Shown here: positions 1 to 27,199 of the stretch, one piece after another
Layout of the letters: each line of letters opens with the position of its first letter
Numbering within the stretch: position 1 is the first letter of the stretch
Source: Euglena gracilis
Taxonomy: Eukaryota
Length of the DNA stretch: 64,000 bases
Assembly (NCBI GenBank): GCA_039621445.1
Contig: CP154954.1
Location: 15,518,140 to 15,582,139, forward strand
Direction: 5' to 3'
Notes under the pieces: model-generated
Databases searched by the model: none
What the model saw: only the letters and a program-made list of their open reading frames with translations
What the model was told of the DNA's origin: nothing
Program-made: the position numbers and the translations under genes

Positions 1-13371
<13,371 letters not shown>

Positions 13372-14689
13372 GGAGGGTCTGCCCCTCAGCCCGCCCCCAC
13401 CACAGAGACTCCCCTCTATCAGGCTTCTGCAGGCCGGGACCGCTCGCGCACAAAGCAAGACACACACGCACACACACACACACACACACATACAGACAGA
13501 CACGCGCGCACGCACACAACACACACAGCACTCACAACACACACAACACATAGCACACACAACACACACATACGCAGCACACGCACGTCTAATTCATATG
13601 GGCAGTGTCTGTGACTTGCCTGTGGAGACCTGCCAAAGGGCAAGCAAATGGAGAAGGGATTTGTTGTTCATGCCCCCCATCGTGGTCTCCGGAATTAGTT
13701 AACCCCTTTATGACCTCGCTTCGGCTCTCCTGGGGTGGCAGTGCATCCAGGGTCTTCCTGGTCGCTTGGGTGGTTTATGAATCTATGGCGCGTCCTTTGG
13801 AACAGCGCCCTTCCTCCACCCCCCCCCCCAAGGGGCTACCTGCAACGCACACGGTCTCTTCCAGACCCCCCCCCGCCGCACGCGAATGTGTGGCCGGCCC
13901 TCCCCCTCGTTTCGAAACCAGAGGCCTGGCTCTCAGCTGCCACACTGTCTGGCGTGGGCCCCCTGCGCCGCCCTCTCTCCGTTGGGGACCTCAGGAGGCC
14001 CAGCCCTCCCCCTCGCCGCAAACCCCGTTGGCTGGGCTGCCACCCGGTTGGGGGGGCCGATTGCGCGGGGGGGGGGGGGGGTCCGGATCGCCCAGCCCCG
14101 CCCGAGACGAACGTTGCCTGACACAGCGGTTGGCTTCGCAACACCGCTTTGCGTTGGTGTTGTGTCGAAGCAAGCCCTGTCCAAGCACCAGCACCAGGCA
14201 CTTGGACGGGGCCTTTGTTTATATATTACCTCTGGTTCTTGGCCCGTATTTTGGCGCAAGCGACACCCCCCGGTTCTTTCCCATCTTTTCCAGTTCTTAA
14301 ACAAGGGGGAGGTACGTGGTATTCCCTTTCTCCAGTGGTGGCATCCATTCTCCTGTGGTGGAGGGCAAGCACCTCCAGCCGCAAATCTCGACAATCCTCC
14401 CCCCCCATTCGAGATGCACACATCGCTGCTGTTCCCTGGCCCATTTCCCTCTGCCCTACCCTGCCCACCCCACAGACACCTCTGCTGCCATTGTCGTCAC
14501 ACCAATGCCATGCCATCAGAGCCCCTCCAAACGTTCAAACGGACAACGGAATGGAAAAGAGCGAGTGTAAAAGCCCTTAGACAACGTCACAGAACTCGAA
14601 AGGAAGGCGTGCTGTCTACAGTTCAAGTCCAAAAGTTGACCATGCCGTGGAAGGCAATGGGCAGAAACCCAACGCAGCAAAACACACTC

Positions 14690-14718
14690 AACCACGCGCA
14701 CAACCACACACACCCACC

Positions 14719-14749
<31 letters not shown>

Positions 14750-14806
14750 ACACACACACACACACGCACGCACGCGCGCACGCGCGCGCACACACACACA
14801 CACGCA

Positions 14807-14881
<75 letters not shown>
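14690..14881. repeat. (CA)n/(CG)n microsatellite
   Basis: Directly visible; similar tracts at 9440-9570 and 13455-13590. Confidence 0.95.
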
Positions 14882-14884
<3 letters not shown>

Positions 14885-17800
14885 CTGTTTGGAATGGCAA
14901 AATCTCCCAAAGTGTTTTGGGGGCAGCGGGTTCTCCATCGAGGCACCTTTGCGAGAGTCGCCATATCAGAATGAAAGGATGCGTGGAAAAACGCCGGCCT
15001 GTGTATTTAACACAAGTATTCCGCGCATTCATCCCACATTGGGGCGTCTACTGCACAGGGGCGACTGTGTGATTGGTTTTTCAAGCGTGGCCGTGCGGGA
15101 CATTTCGGGAACGGTCGACTCCCCTGAGGTGGCACAGAGCAGAATTTTTGGGCTTTTGAGTGTTGGAAAAAGGTCCATGGTGCGATTAGAGAGTGTGTTT
15201 TGTCAAAAACAATAATCAGGGGTGGTCAGAGGCAGAGTGGGTGGTCCCATGCTGATATCCTCTGGATGAGAGGCAGTGGTTTGTTTTGTGGTCTGCCGGG
15301 GAGGATACCCCCCCCATTCTCCCTGCAAAGCGCCACGTTTTTTTGGCGTCCCTGGCCCCCGAGGGGGTGGGAGGGGGGGCGGGTGCTGTACCGTGAGGAT
15401 GGCTTCATTCCGTCGTCCGTGGGCCGCCTGGTGCCGTGCGACCGGAGTCCTACCCCGGTCTCGTGCCAGGATGCCACCTCCCCGTGCCGTGTGCAGCAAC
15501 TCCCGCGTGACTGACCGGGCTGCCTTGTGGCCCGGATGTGTTCCCGCGGGGCAGGCGGCGCAGGCCGCCCCGCCGTGGCGTTGCTGTTGCCCGCGGCGTT
15601 CCCGTTAGCGCATGGGTCGGATTTGCGAAAATCGGAAATCTCCATATTCTGCGTTGAATGGGAGTTCAGCAAACAAGACCATTTTGACCTTTTTGATCTT
15701 TTTGGGGGGAAAATGTCGGGTTAGTAAATTTTCCACGTGGAACATTGACACAATGCGCCAAAGAAAATTTTGGGCAACTCAGAATTTTGTTTTACTTTCC
15801 TGGGACAAATCTTGGATGGATGCTTAGAACACCTGGAAAAAATCTATTTATTCAACAGCGTTTCCTCTCGTCCAGGTTTCTTCCCCCTCCCAGTGCCCTG
15901 CCTTGATTCCAACATTGGGAAGACCACAACTGGCGAAGCAAGGCATTGCATCGAGATTCATTCTTGGTAAATCGTTGGATGTATCTTAAGGCAGCACCTA
16001 AATTTTTCTCACCAGTCTACCTACCCCCCCACCCCCTCCAGGAAACTGTCACTTGCCAGGTTGGCCAGTGCCACGGACACTGACAGGTTCTCAGACATGA
16101 CAGTTTCACGTGGGAGGGGAGTAATAGTCGTGGGAAGAACACTGTTCATAAATATCTCGCGGAACCATTTTCTCAAGGATGCTCCAACTCCGGAGTGCTT
16201 TAGGCCAGCCAATGTGCTTCCAAAACATATATCTGCTCGCCGAAGGTTGAGTCTGGAGATTCCTGAGCTCATTCCTCCCCCCAGCACCCACCCACCCACT
16301 TACCAACCTGCCACTGACCCACCATTTTTGGGGTGTGAGGGCTTGCCTGCTACTCGAATATGGTCCGAAATCGCCCCTGCTGGGTTCAAATTCAAGTGTC
16401 CAGCTCCCCCCACCCACCGCTTTCCGCTGCCACACCCGCCTCCCGTGCCGTTGATTTGCATCCCTCTTTGCCCCCGCCCTTTTCCTTGACAACCTCCGCC
16501 CCCTCCCGAAACCGCTCCCTCTGACCTCCCCCTGACTTGCCATCCCCCCACCCAATACCTGTCTTTGGTTTCAGTGCCTGGCCTTCCGGCGGCTGTGCTT
16601 GTTTGGCCATTTGGCGCTACAGTGCCGTGTGATGCAATTTGAACCCCCCATGGGGCTTTGTCTTTCCTGGCGTGCTGGAGCATGTGGATAGTCATGGGTC
16701 TGATGTGCAGAGTCGCTGACGCCAGAGCTCCCGCGAGGGATGTCCAGCTGCTTATTCACCTCCAACTTTTGATTCCTGATGCTTTCTTATTTTTGTTTAC
16801 TGTTTTATTTTTGATAATATTTTTTTGCCTTTTAAGTGGGTCAACGTGGGCCAAGAATGGGCAGATTTTGCATGGAAGATTTTTTTGTTACCGTGTATTT
16901 CTTTTTGGTTGGTTCACACCAAACCCAGCCCATGCCACCTGAGACCAGGACTGTACGAGAATTCCTGAAGTCCCATAAGTGGTGGGTTCGGGGTGGAGGG
17001 AGTCAGACAAATATTGGCCAAAAAAGTGACCAATAATTGCATGATTTGCTGTTTTATAAACATTTTTGCAGTTTTCATTTTTTCGGTACCCAATTCCATT
17101 CTAGGTCGGGCCCAGTTCCAGCCCAGGAACCCTATGGGGGGGGCAGGAGTTGGCCAGCAGCCTTTTCTCGGATCCAAAAATTTCCAGCCTCTAAGCTGGA
17201 CCGGCCCCCCAACCCTGGGGTTATCAACACCCCGCCTAGGGTCTGTCAAGCAACGTTTTGATTGCTTTGATCTGATGCCTTTCATTTGGGCGACCAAAGT
17301 TGCCGTCAACTGCTAGCTTTTACGTGGTGTCGCCCAATGTGCATGCACATTTTCACCACGTTACTCACCAGTCAAGGTTCAATAGCTTAAAAAAGAGGAT
17401 CTCAGGAATCGGTTTGGTTTGGATCTCGTCAAGCATTCACAGAATGGCATTATGTGCGGGTTGAATCCCCAATTATTAAAGAATGAGCTAGAACACCCAC
17501 CAAAATGACTGTGGTTTTACATGTTGTGGATTTGGTAATGCCCATGGATTCACTTAACACCATGTGACGGTACTTCCTGGGGGGTTTGTGAGTGAAAGGG
17601 TGGTCTGGGCCTTTGGATCCCCCCAGGGGAGGTAACCCCCCCCCCCCCGGGGCTGTTGGTGCCAACTTGGCCAAGACCACCGACCTGGGCAGCAGTGGCG
17701 GGGGGGGGAGGGGGGCTTCTTGTCCCCACCCCAATGGATCGGCTCTTTGATGTGCCCCAAGGTGGTCCTCCGCCATTCCGCCTGCGCCTCACCACCGGGA

Positions 17801-18089
17801 GCTTCCCAAACTTTCGTCGCCCCTTCCCACTTCTAGGGCACAAATGCAGCCAGCAGCCGCCGCCGTTGCTAGGCCAGCCGTTGCCCCCCCCATCCATTAT
17901 GGCCACTGTGCTATGTGGCAACAACGCTCCCGTCCATCGGGTTTGCCTGGCTGTGCTGTAGAGCCAACGGACCACAACAAACGAGCTGAGAAACAGAGAA
18001 CAGAAAACCTGTTCATTTGCTGCCCACTCACACGCAGATAAAGATACAGATACACACGTGTATGACAGTCCAGACGGGGGACGTTACGT

Positions 18090-18130
18090 ACGTACATGTA
18101 TGTGTATACATATACGTGTACATATACATG

Positions 18131-18161
<31 letters not shown>

Positions 18162-18252
18162 GCATGTACATTTTCATATACATATGCGTATACATATACA
18201 TATACACATACACATACATACACATATACATATACATATACATATACATATG

Positions 18253-18330
<78 letters not shown>

Positions 18331-18420
18331 TATATATATATACATATACATATACATATACGTATACATATACATATACATTTGCACATATATATATATA
18401 TATTATATATATATACATAC
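18090..18420. repeat. (TACATA)n microsatellite
   Basis: Directly visible; resumes at 19290-19430 after a (GACAGA)n tract at 19096-19290. Confidence 0.95.
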
Positions 18421-18445
18421 AGTGTGGCAAGTAAATTTTCAGACC

Positions 18446-19095
18446 CAAGTGCCAGGTAAATTTTCAGACCCTGAAAAAATCAAAAAATGATGGCACCCCA
18501 CCCCACAGAACCCATCCCAATCGCCCCCCCAGAGCTGAGAGCACTGGTGGAGGGGTGTTTCAGTGCCTGGTGGCACCACCAAAGACCTTTTGGCAAAATC
18601 ATTTTGGAAAAAGACGGCTTTTGCAAAACCGCATTCACTGCAATCAGGCTTGCTCCAGTGTATAAAGAACATTCCGTGTACAATTCCCTGTCCGGGCGGG
18701 GTGACAGGGGACAGCTTGAAATGGGCTCCCCAGTCATTTTTTTTCCTTCGGGGCTGTTCACAGTGGATAGGGTCAACAGTTTCACCAGACTCTTCATGTG
18801 AGAGAGGTCCATTGAAATTCACCAAAGGCCATCCATTTCATTGTCCTTGTTTTGCTTGTGCAAGCCTGTGCAACAGCAAATTTTACATCTATATCGCTCG
18901 GAGCCAAATTGTATTTCTGCTGTCCTGCAACACTGCAGTGGTGCCACCAGGCACTGGGCAGTCACAATCACCTGTCAAAACACCCCTCCACCAGTGCTCT
19001 CAGCTCTGGGGGGCGATTGGGATGGGTTCTGTGGAGTGTGGGGTGCCATCATTTTTTTTGATTTTTTCAGGGTCTGAAAATTTACTTGGCACTTG
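18446..19095. mobile_element. Foldback/MITE with long TIRs (>110 bp)
   Basis: CAAGTGCCA(G/A)GTAAATTTTCAGACCCTGAAAAAATC...GGAGGGGTGTTT occurs inverted at both ends; a partial extra left end lies at ~18420-18445. Confidence 0.88.
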
Positions 19096-19288
19096 CATAG
19101 ACAGAGACATATACAGAGACAGAGAACAGAGACAGAGACAGAGACATACATATAAAGAGACCTACAGAGACAGAGACAGTAGAGACAGAGACAGAGACAG
19201 AGACAGAGACATAGACAGAGACAGAGACAAGGACAGAACAGAGACATAGACAGAATATAGAGACAGAGACATACAGAGACATAGACAG

Positions 19289-19407
<119 letters not shown>

Positions 19408-22400
19408 CACATATATACATACACATAATAGTATACATAACGTATCTGTGCACAGATGTACGTATGCATACACCTAAACATGTTTTACACATTTATCCAC
19501 TCAAGGGGCAAAATATAACAAATACACCCTGCCAAACTCGTTCACTGGGGATTCTGCGCAGTCAGGCGGGCCAAAGGCAGCCCTAGCGATGGTGTCGCTT
19601 GGCGCAGCGATATATTCCCCCGCCAGTTAGCAACCACCCAAACCTCCCCCGCTGCTGTTACCACGCTTGGGGATACTTATCCGTTTCGCTGCTGGCACGA
19701 ATGGCGTTCCGTTCACTGCAATACTCAAGAGGTATGTTTTCCAACCCCGTCCAGGAAACTGTCAAGTGGTATGCTTTCCAACCCCGTCCAGGAAACTGTC
19801 CCCCCCGGGAAAGTGTGTGATATTTTGTATCGCTTTGTATCACTAAAAAACTTTTGTTTATCACGTGAAAACAGAAGGAAATTGCATGTATTTTTCCATT
19901 TTCTCTGTATTTGCCAGTTTTTGTGTCACTGCTTTTCCCCCTGGTTTTTTGAGTTTTGTTGAAAAATGTTTTCCAGAATAAAATTTGCACATTTTGGATT
20001 TGATTTGTCCCCTGGCACCCAAATTTCTGCCATGTTTATCCTTTGGGTTTTAGGGCTATTTTTTCTTGATTCTCTAGGCAGAACGCCATGCTGAATATGT
20101 GGTAAAGTGGGAGCAATATTATAATCGCTCATGTGTTGGAATTTTATTGGTAGGGAATCTGCCAAAGGAAATAAAGATGCATTCCTTTGTGCTTGTCGCA
20201 TTTTTTTTGAGCCCCTTGCAGAATTTTGCAGCAGGTTTCAAAAAATCACCCAGAAACAAGAACGCAGTTTTTTTTGTGTGTCCCCCCCTCAACTTTTAGC
20301 CAGCGAATTACATGGTTTTAGAATCTCCAAAACCTTGATGGTTATGTTTTTTAAGGCGTTTTTGAGGCAAAATTTTTGTGACAGCTATCAAATTTTTGCT
20401 TAAATTATTTCTTGTCAGTCAACTGGGTCCAGATTCATCCTCCTGTATATTGACCTGTTGAGATCTCTCTTCACTGAGACACACAATATTCCTCTGAGAG
20501 TCACCGTGAAGTCCTTGCCTCGGTTTGAGTTGGACCTCCTCCGTGCTCTTCCACCAATGGTTTGTGTTTGGGCGCCCTCCCCTCCGGGATGACAGACCGT
20601 TTTACTTTTGGAAGGCTGGCCCTGTGTTACCTTGGGTTTGTCGTTCAGCAGAGGACTCCGTTCACCCTCCAACTGTTATTAATGCATTAATTTGGCACCC
20701 TGCATAATCGCAGGGGGCCCAATGTCGAGTATCAAAGTTTGGTGTGCGAAGTGTTCAAGCTGTCATCCCAGAACAGCTTGCAATTTTGCCCCCTCCCCAC
20801 CTAATTTTCGGGCTTCCAATGCCTTTGCGACCAAGGAAATTTAGGGATGCACCTACAGGGGGTTTCCTTAAAGTCTGTTGGCCTAATCCCCCCATCCCAT
20901 CCCTAAGCTCATTGACGGCACTAACCCTGCAAGCCCGGTTGTTGCATTTTTCCGCCCAGCTGGAATCAAAGTGTTTATTTCAATTTAGTTTTGTTTTTTA
21001 TACAATTTTTATGATTTATTTTGAAGTATTTATTTTTGGTGTACTTCTGGTTTATTTTGATTTATTTCGCTTTATTTTGGTATATATATTTTTATTTTTT
21101 TGAGGAGCGGACACCCCACGGTATTCCGCCACTCCTCGGTGGGTTTGGTCGTTTGGCCGCCGACTGTCCTCCCCGCCAGCCCCGGTGTGCAGGTCCACCG
21201 GAGGGGGCGGACGTGCCCCGACAAGCCATCGGCCCCGCGACTATTCGTTCGCTCTGTGTGGCTGCGGACCGCTTTATTGTGCCCCGCTGCATCCTTGGAG
21301 GCTCTCTCTGTGGGCCCTTGGCCATGGCCCTCTGCGTGCAGTCAACCCAGCGCCTGCCCAGGAATTTGGTTGGTGCCGACAATTATACCCGGCAGTGTAT
21401 TTTGTCCAGAACTGTTTGGGACAGTTGAGGCTGAGCCCCAAACCAAACTTGCCACTTTTTCTTTTTGAAAATTTGCAGGTCCGCTTGCACAGTTGCACAC
21501 AGGTGAACTACTTACACAATTGTGCGAACGGGCCAGACCGACGATGTATTTGCACAATTGTCCGAAGATTTCCACGTGTTAAATTATTAGACTTCCTTCC
21601 TGTATGTGCCCCCTGTCCTTTCTCCACAGTTTTTTTTTTACGCAGGCACACTGGCACGGGGAGATCAGCATGACAGGATTCCCTGGGTTGAGCCGGACCA
21701 AGCCCCTTCTCCGCCTGGTCACTGGCCCCCGCTTCGTTCCCTCCCCCCACGCAGGCCATGTCGGCCGCGGGACGGCCACTGGGTTGCCCCCAACCTAGTG
21801 CTGGCTAGCTGGCCGGCAGGAGTGGGTTGGGGGTGGGGGTGGGGGCTGTGGTTTGAGGGGCAGGCCTTTCCCACTGCAGGCCTCCCCTTTTTTTTGTCCC
21901 AACTTGACCAGGGGGTGCATGCCTTCAGATCCAGGGCATCCCTCCCTTCTGGGAGAAGTACCCCGTTGCAAAGCCGCATGCCGCACCACACAACTCCAAG
22001 CCGGCTGGTATGGGAGGTGCTTTGTCTGTTTTTGAATCTCACACGTGCCATCCTGTGGTTGGTGGAGGCGGATAAAGTGTGAAGGCTGGCAGAGCAAAAC
22101 CTGGATTTAGTCAGAATCAGATTTGCACAATTGGGCAACTTCCCTTAACCAGCTTCCCTGCCAAATTGCCACCCCCAAAGTCCCAAAGTCCCAACACCTG
22201 GCTCCAAAACTGAGACATGATGGTAGGAAGTGCAGACCACGTATCACCTTGCTTTCCCGGGGGGGGGTAGGTATGTCCAACGACTCCCCTATGTCCAATG
22301 ATCCCCGGTCAGAGGACAACTTTTCGGAGGTTAGGCCAAATTTTGGTCCCGGCGCGAAGGGTTGGGCCGAAAATTTTTGCGCCCAAAATCTGCCAAAATT

Positions 22401-25400
22401 GACCAAAATGCCGTCTTTTGGCATTTTTTGAGCAAATTTTTGTTAAAGTTGCCCAAAAATTTCGGCGCAAAGCGCCTGAAGGAAAATTTTGGCCTTTTTG
22501 GGCGGGTGGGGTACCGGGTACCCGCCAATTTTTTTTGACCCCTTGTCCGACGACCCCCCCCCCCCCGGTCGGAGGACACCTTTCTGGTCACAACCCTATG
22601 TCCAACAACCCCCCCCCCCCGGTCGGAAGACAGAGGTTACCGCTCGTTGGACATGGGGGGAATGAAAGAAAAGTCAAAATGTGGTGGATGAATAATGGAA
22701 ATAACATAAAAATAAGTGAGATTATAGTACTATACAAAATTAGTACAAATACTGAAATAAAAAAAAATGAAAAAAATGATCCCAAAATGGGCTGAAGAGT
22801 CCCATCTTCAGGATTTTATTTCAGGAAGCTGGACATGTCTTTTGCTCCCCCACCATTTTTCATTTCATTTTTTTTGAAATTAAATCGATTTAAAATCAAT
22901 TTTTTAATCAATAATCGCCGAAAATGGTTTCAGCCGAAAGCCTGCGGCACCGTTGATGGACCCAAGTCCAAAAAAAAACAACCAACCGTGTAACAACAAA
23001 AACTGGGCCCAAGCGGTGCGCGTTGGAAATCTCTCCTGTGCGCACGAGAAATAAAAATTCCCAATGGCAAAACTACGGCCCTTGGACCATCCAAGTTTGA
23101 GTTCCCCCAACTCCGGATTTTTTATTTTGGGTCGGTAGTCGGTTCATGCCAAGACTCCATGATTCGCCAAAATGGCCCTGTCTAGGGCGTTTTGGACCCC
23201 TCCTTCCCCCCGGGTTAGCTTCGCCCTCACCCATAAAAGGATAACCCTTAGCGGCTCCCTGCCTCCCTTCCCATAAAACAGCTGAACTTAAAATTTTGGT
23301 AAAATTCTTCAATGCAAAATTTGGATGTGCAATTGTTCGCAGTGGCGGGGGCTCCCCTTCTTGAACCCCTTAAAACCTAAAATAACAGGCTCCATGAAAT
23401 TCACAAATACCCCCTTTCCACCCCTCACCCCCCTGTCATTGCAATATGTGCCAAACGCCCAACGGTTTATTTGTAGTGTGGTCAACCAGGCACAGATACC
23501 TAAAGATATCATTGAAAATTATAAAAAGATATCAATAATAAAAGAAAGATATCATTGAGCACAGCCCAATAACTGGTTCATAAACATGGGTCGTTGAGAG
23601 GAGTAAGGACCAGTGATATGGAGCCCCACAGCAAACCCCCGTTTTGACTTTTTGAATATTTGTTGGATCATTGACATAATCGCACAAAATCGCCCCGTGG
23701 GGTTGCCCACTGGAACTGGTTTTGGCCTGGGTCGAGATGGAACCAAAAAACAAATGAAACTGCAAAAGGGCCCCAGAATCAGCGCATTGTCATGATCCTT
23801 GGCCCCCCCAAAAGAGCCAGGCAGCCCATTTTCTGTACTGTCAAGCCCCCCTTGAACTGGCGTCGTTTGAAAAGTTATTGGCCAGTCCAAGGGTATTGAG
23901 GCAGTGTCCCCCAGAAGAGACACCTCCCCCCTCCTGTAATGTCAAGATATTACGCAATGGCTGCCCCCCCCCCCCCGCAGCCGTCCAGTGGTCTTTCCAC
24001 TTCACAGACGCCTTTCTGTTGGTAACTGGGCTGGGGCTGACACAGTCCAGCTGTTTTTTTTTGCCGCAAAAAGGGGGCCCCCTCCCCTCCGACCTGTCGG
24101 TGTGCCGTGCCCCGCCCCGCCTCCACCCGTCAGTCTGCAGTGTCCGGGGCGCCGAACCCCCCCCCCCCCGGCGGCCGGCAGACTGGCCGGCTGAGTCCCG
24201 GGAGAGACTACCTGTCTTCGCCCTCTGGCGTCTGGTGGTCCTCCTTGACCAGTTAAGGTGATTACCACGCTTGGCCTGGCCTGGATTTGTGCCCAACCTT
24301 CAACTGACCCGCTGGGGGAACCCACACGTGTACCCTGACCATGACCTCCAAAATGCGCCTGGCGGGTCAATGACCTCCCTGCCAAAATTAACTTCCATTG
24401 TGCCAACTTTTTACAAAGCATTTCGCCCAGAGTTCATTGGTCCAGGCTGTTGGACCCGAAAGTTGACAACGCAAATTTGTACCTAGGAACCCCTGGCAAC
24501 CTCCCAACAAGTTGCACACAAAATATGTGTGCTTGGCCGATAACCAGTAAAACACACAAAAAATCTGCGAAAGTTGCAAAAATCCCCCCCCCCCCCCGCT
24601 GTACCCTCCGCTCTCTGGCCTTAGCCCTGGCTGGGACGCTCAGCCTGAGGGGAATAATGGGAAAAGACTCAAGTTGAGCCTTTTGACAATTGTTCAGGGC
24701 GTTTTATCTTTAGAAGCCTCAAAGAAAATGGACGAACAATAACCCTTGCCCCTCAATATGCACCGCATCACACAGATCATCCAACAGGTCATTCATTCCG
24801 GTCCAGTAACAGAAACTCCTCCAAAATGGTACTTTCTTGGCGCAACTCTAACCGTCAGCTGTCCACTGTCAGTTGTCAGGTAGGATTGTTGGCCCCAATG
24901 TTGCCCCCCAATGGCAAACATCATCGTGCCTCTCTCAGCAAGGAGCCTCCATTCCCCCCATCGCTAGCCTGATGTGTTGGTGCACCCCTGCTCATGTGTG
25001 TCTCCCTCCCTCTGTCCTCTGTGGTTGCCCCCTGCCGCAGACACCCCCCGGTGCCGCCTTGGGACTCTACATGGCAGGGTCATTGCCAGTTGTCACCAAC
25101 TGACTATTTGACCCTGACTATTTGGGGCCTTGGAGGCTTGGAGACAGGCAGCAGGCGACGAAGGTATGCCCAGTCCAGGCGCTTGTATTGTGTTTTGGTG
25201 CTTAGTGCGCCATTTACAAAGCGCTGGTGTGGGGTTTGGAAATTTCGGGTTTTTGTTTGCACCATTTCATTTCTTGTATACAGAAATATGGACCTGACAT
25301 ACCGTACTATCGCACACAAAGGCCTTGCATTTGCACCCCCAATACGCACACAGGCGGTCATATTTGCACATGGATGTGCACGTCCACAACATGACCCACC

Positions 25401-27199
25401 ACACACCACTGAAAGTTCACGATTTCGGGGCTGAGCCATGAAGCACCATTGCCGGCGGCTCATGTTTCAGCAAAGCCACGGGGGGCATGTTTCTCGATTT
25501 CCACACTTGATTCACATTGCTTTATTTCAAGGCAGCTGCTTCCCACCAGATGCCGAGTTCCATTTGTGCTTGGGCTGGCCCCAGCACCCCGCCCACCCAT
25601 GCACTCAGTCCACCCACCCCCCTGCCTTTGCGCCCTCGTTCCCTCTGCCACCCCACGCGCCCCATGTGGGTGTCCGCGGGGTGTGTGCCCCCGTGCGTCC
25701 CCCACGAGCGGATTCGGTGGCTGCAAAGCCGCTGCCCTAACCCGAAGGCTCCAGCCCAGTGCTGCACCACTCCGGTGCCTCTTGGCCCTTCCGGACGCTT
25801 TCAGCGGGGACCCGTTCTGGCGCCAGCGCGCTGTCATATTTCCACAGGTGTACACATGGCGCTGGTGATGTGTACACATGTACGCTGCATGTACAGGACA
25901 CATGCATACCCAAGTTATATCCCAATGTGCATGCCCAGTACGCATGGGCGTGCACAAACTTCCCGGAGGGGCTTCCCGGACGGGCTGTGTTGTTCCCAAA
26001 TTGAATTGACTCCCAGCCCTGCTCTGAGATGGTCCCGTAATCCCCCGAGGTCTCAAACAGAGATCGAATGCAAGTGGCCCAATCTCAAGTTGCGGAGTGT
26101 GCACATTGGTTGGTTGTGTACCTGCATACCCCCGTGATGTTGGCTTTGAGGTTTTAGCCTTCTGGTCTGTTTTTTTTTATGTGCAAATGAGCTGCGCATT
26201 TTATGCACAGAAATTGACCATTGGACGACATCCTTTGTCAGAATAGCTCTTCGGAGTTGAGCAATCCAGGGGGTTGTGTGTCTCTGGCTGTGTTTTCTGT
26301 GGCACAAGAGGACATTGCCGGTGGTTGGAATGCCGATGGTTTTCGTACGCACCCCCCCAAGTTGAGACCTTGGGACCTCCCAGCCCCTCCCTATTGGTCT
26401 CCCAGGCAGAAGCTGAGCCGGGCTTGCTGTTCCCCCTAAACTTCTCCCCCACCCCACCGGCGTGGACCCAGACTGACCGGTATTTGTCCACGGTTTGGTC
26501 CACGGGCCTGCATTGTGCCAAAGATTGGATTCCTGATCCGGCCTTTTTCTGAGACACCGAGGGTGGGCAGTGAGTGACTGGTTTCAAAAGTGACTGCCTG
26601 GGCTTTTGAAACGGAAATTGACCCCCGGGGGTGCGGGCGGGCTTGGTTTCGCAGTGGTGTCGTCCTGCCAAACACAAACGTCTCCGCCCAGTGGTCCTGT
26701 CAGCCACCCGGATGCTGCCTCTGTATATTGTCCTCCCGCCCCCTCCGCCCACCCCTGCCGGTTCAGCCCTGCCACGGCCCCTGCCTCGTTCGCCCCACGG
26801 GGGCTTGTCTGTGTTGCTTTCCTCTGCCTTGCGAATTGGCTGCCCTGCTTGCCATTGCGGGCGTTTTCCTCTGCCTTGCGCCTTGGCTTCCTTGCTTGCG
26901 ATTGCGTGCCCCGCTTCATCAACTGAGGACATGAACTTCCCCCCTGACGTGAACTGCCCCCCATACGGTGTGGCAGCGGAAAGGGAGTGTGCTCCGCGCG
27001 CGCAGTTCTCACAGCTTCTCGGCCCAGTCTCCATAGTTCAGTCTCCTTTTCCTGCGCACAGCGTGGGGTCATCTCGCTGGAAAGTTTTGCATCAGGCTTT
27101 TCTGTGGATGGAGGAGTAGGTTTAGCGTGGATGTTTTTCTTTTTGCACTGCCCAGTTGGATTTAGTGCAAAAGAAACCCAAATTACACGGCGGAATACC

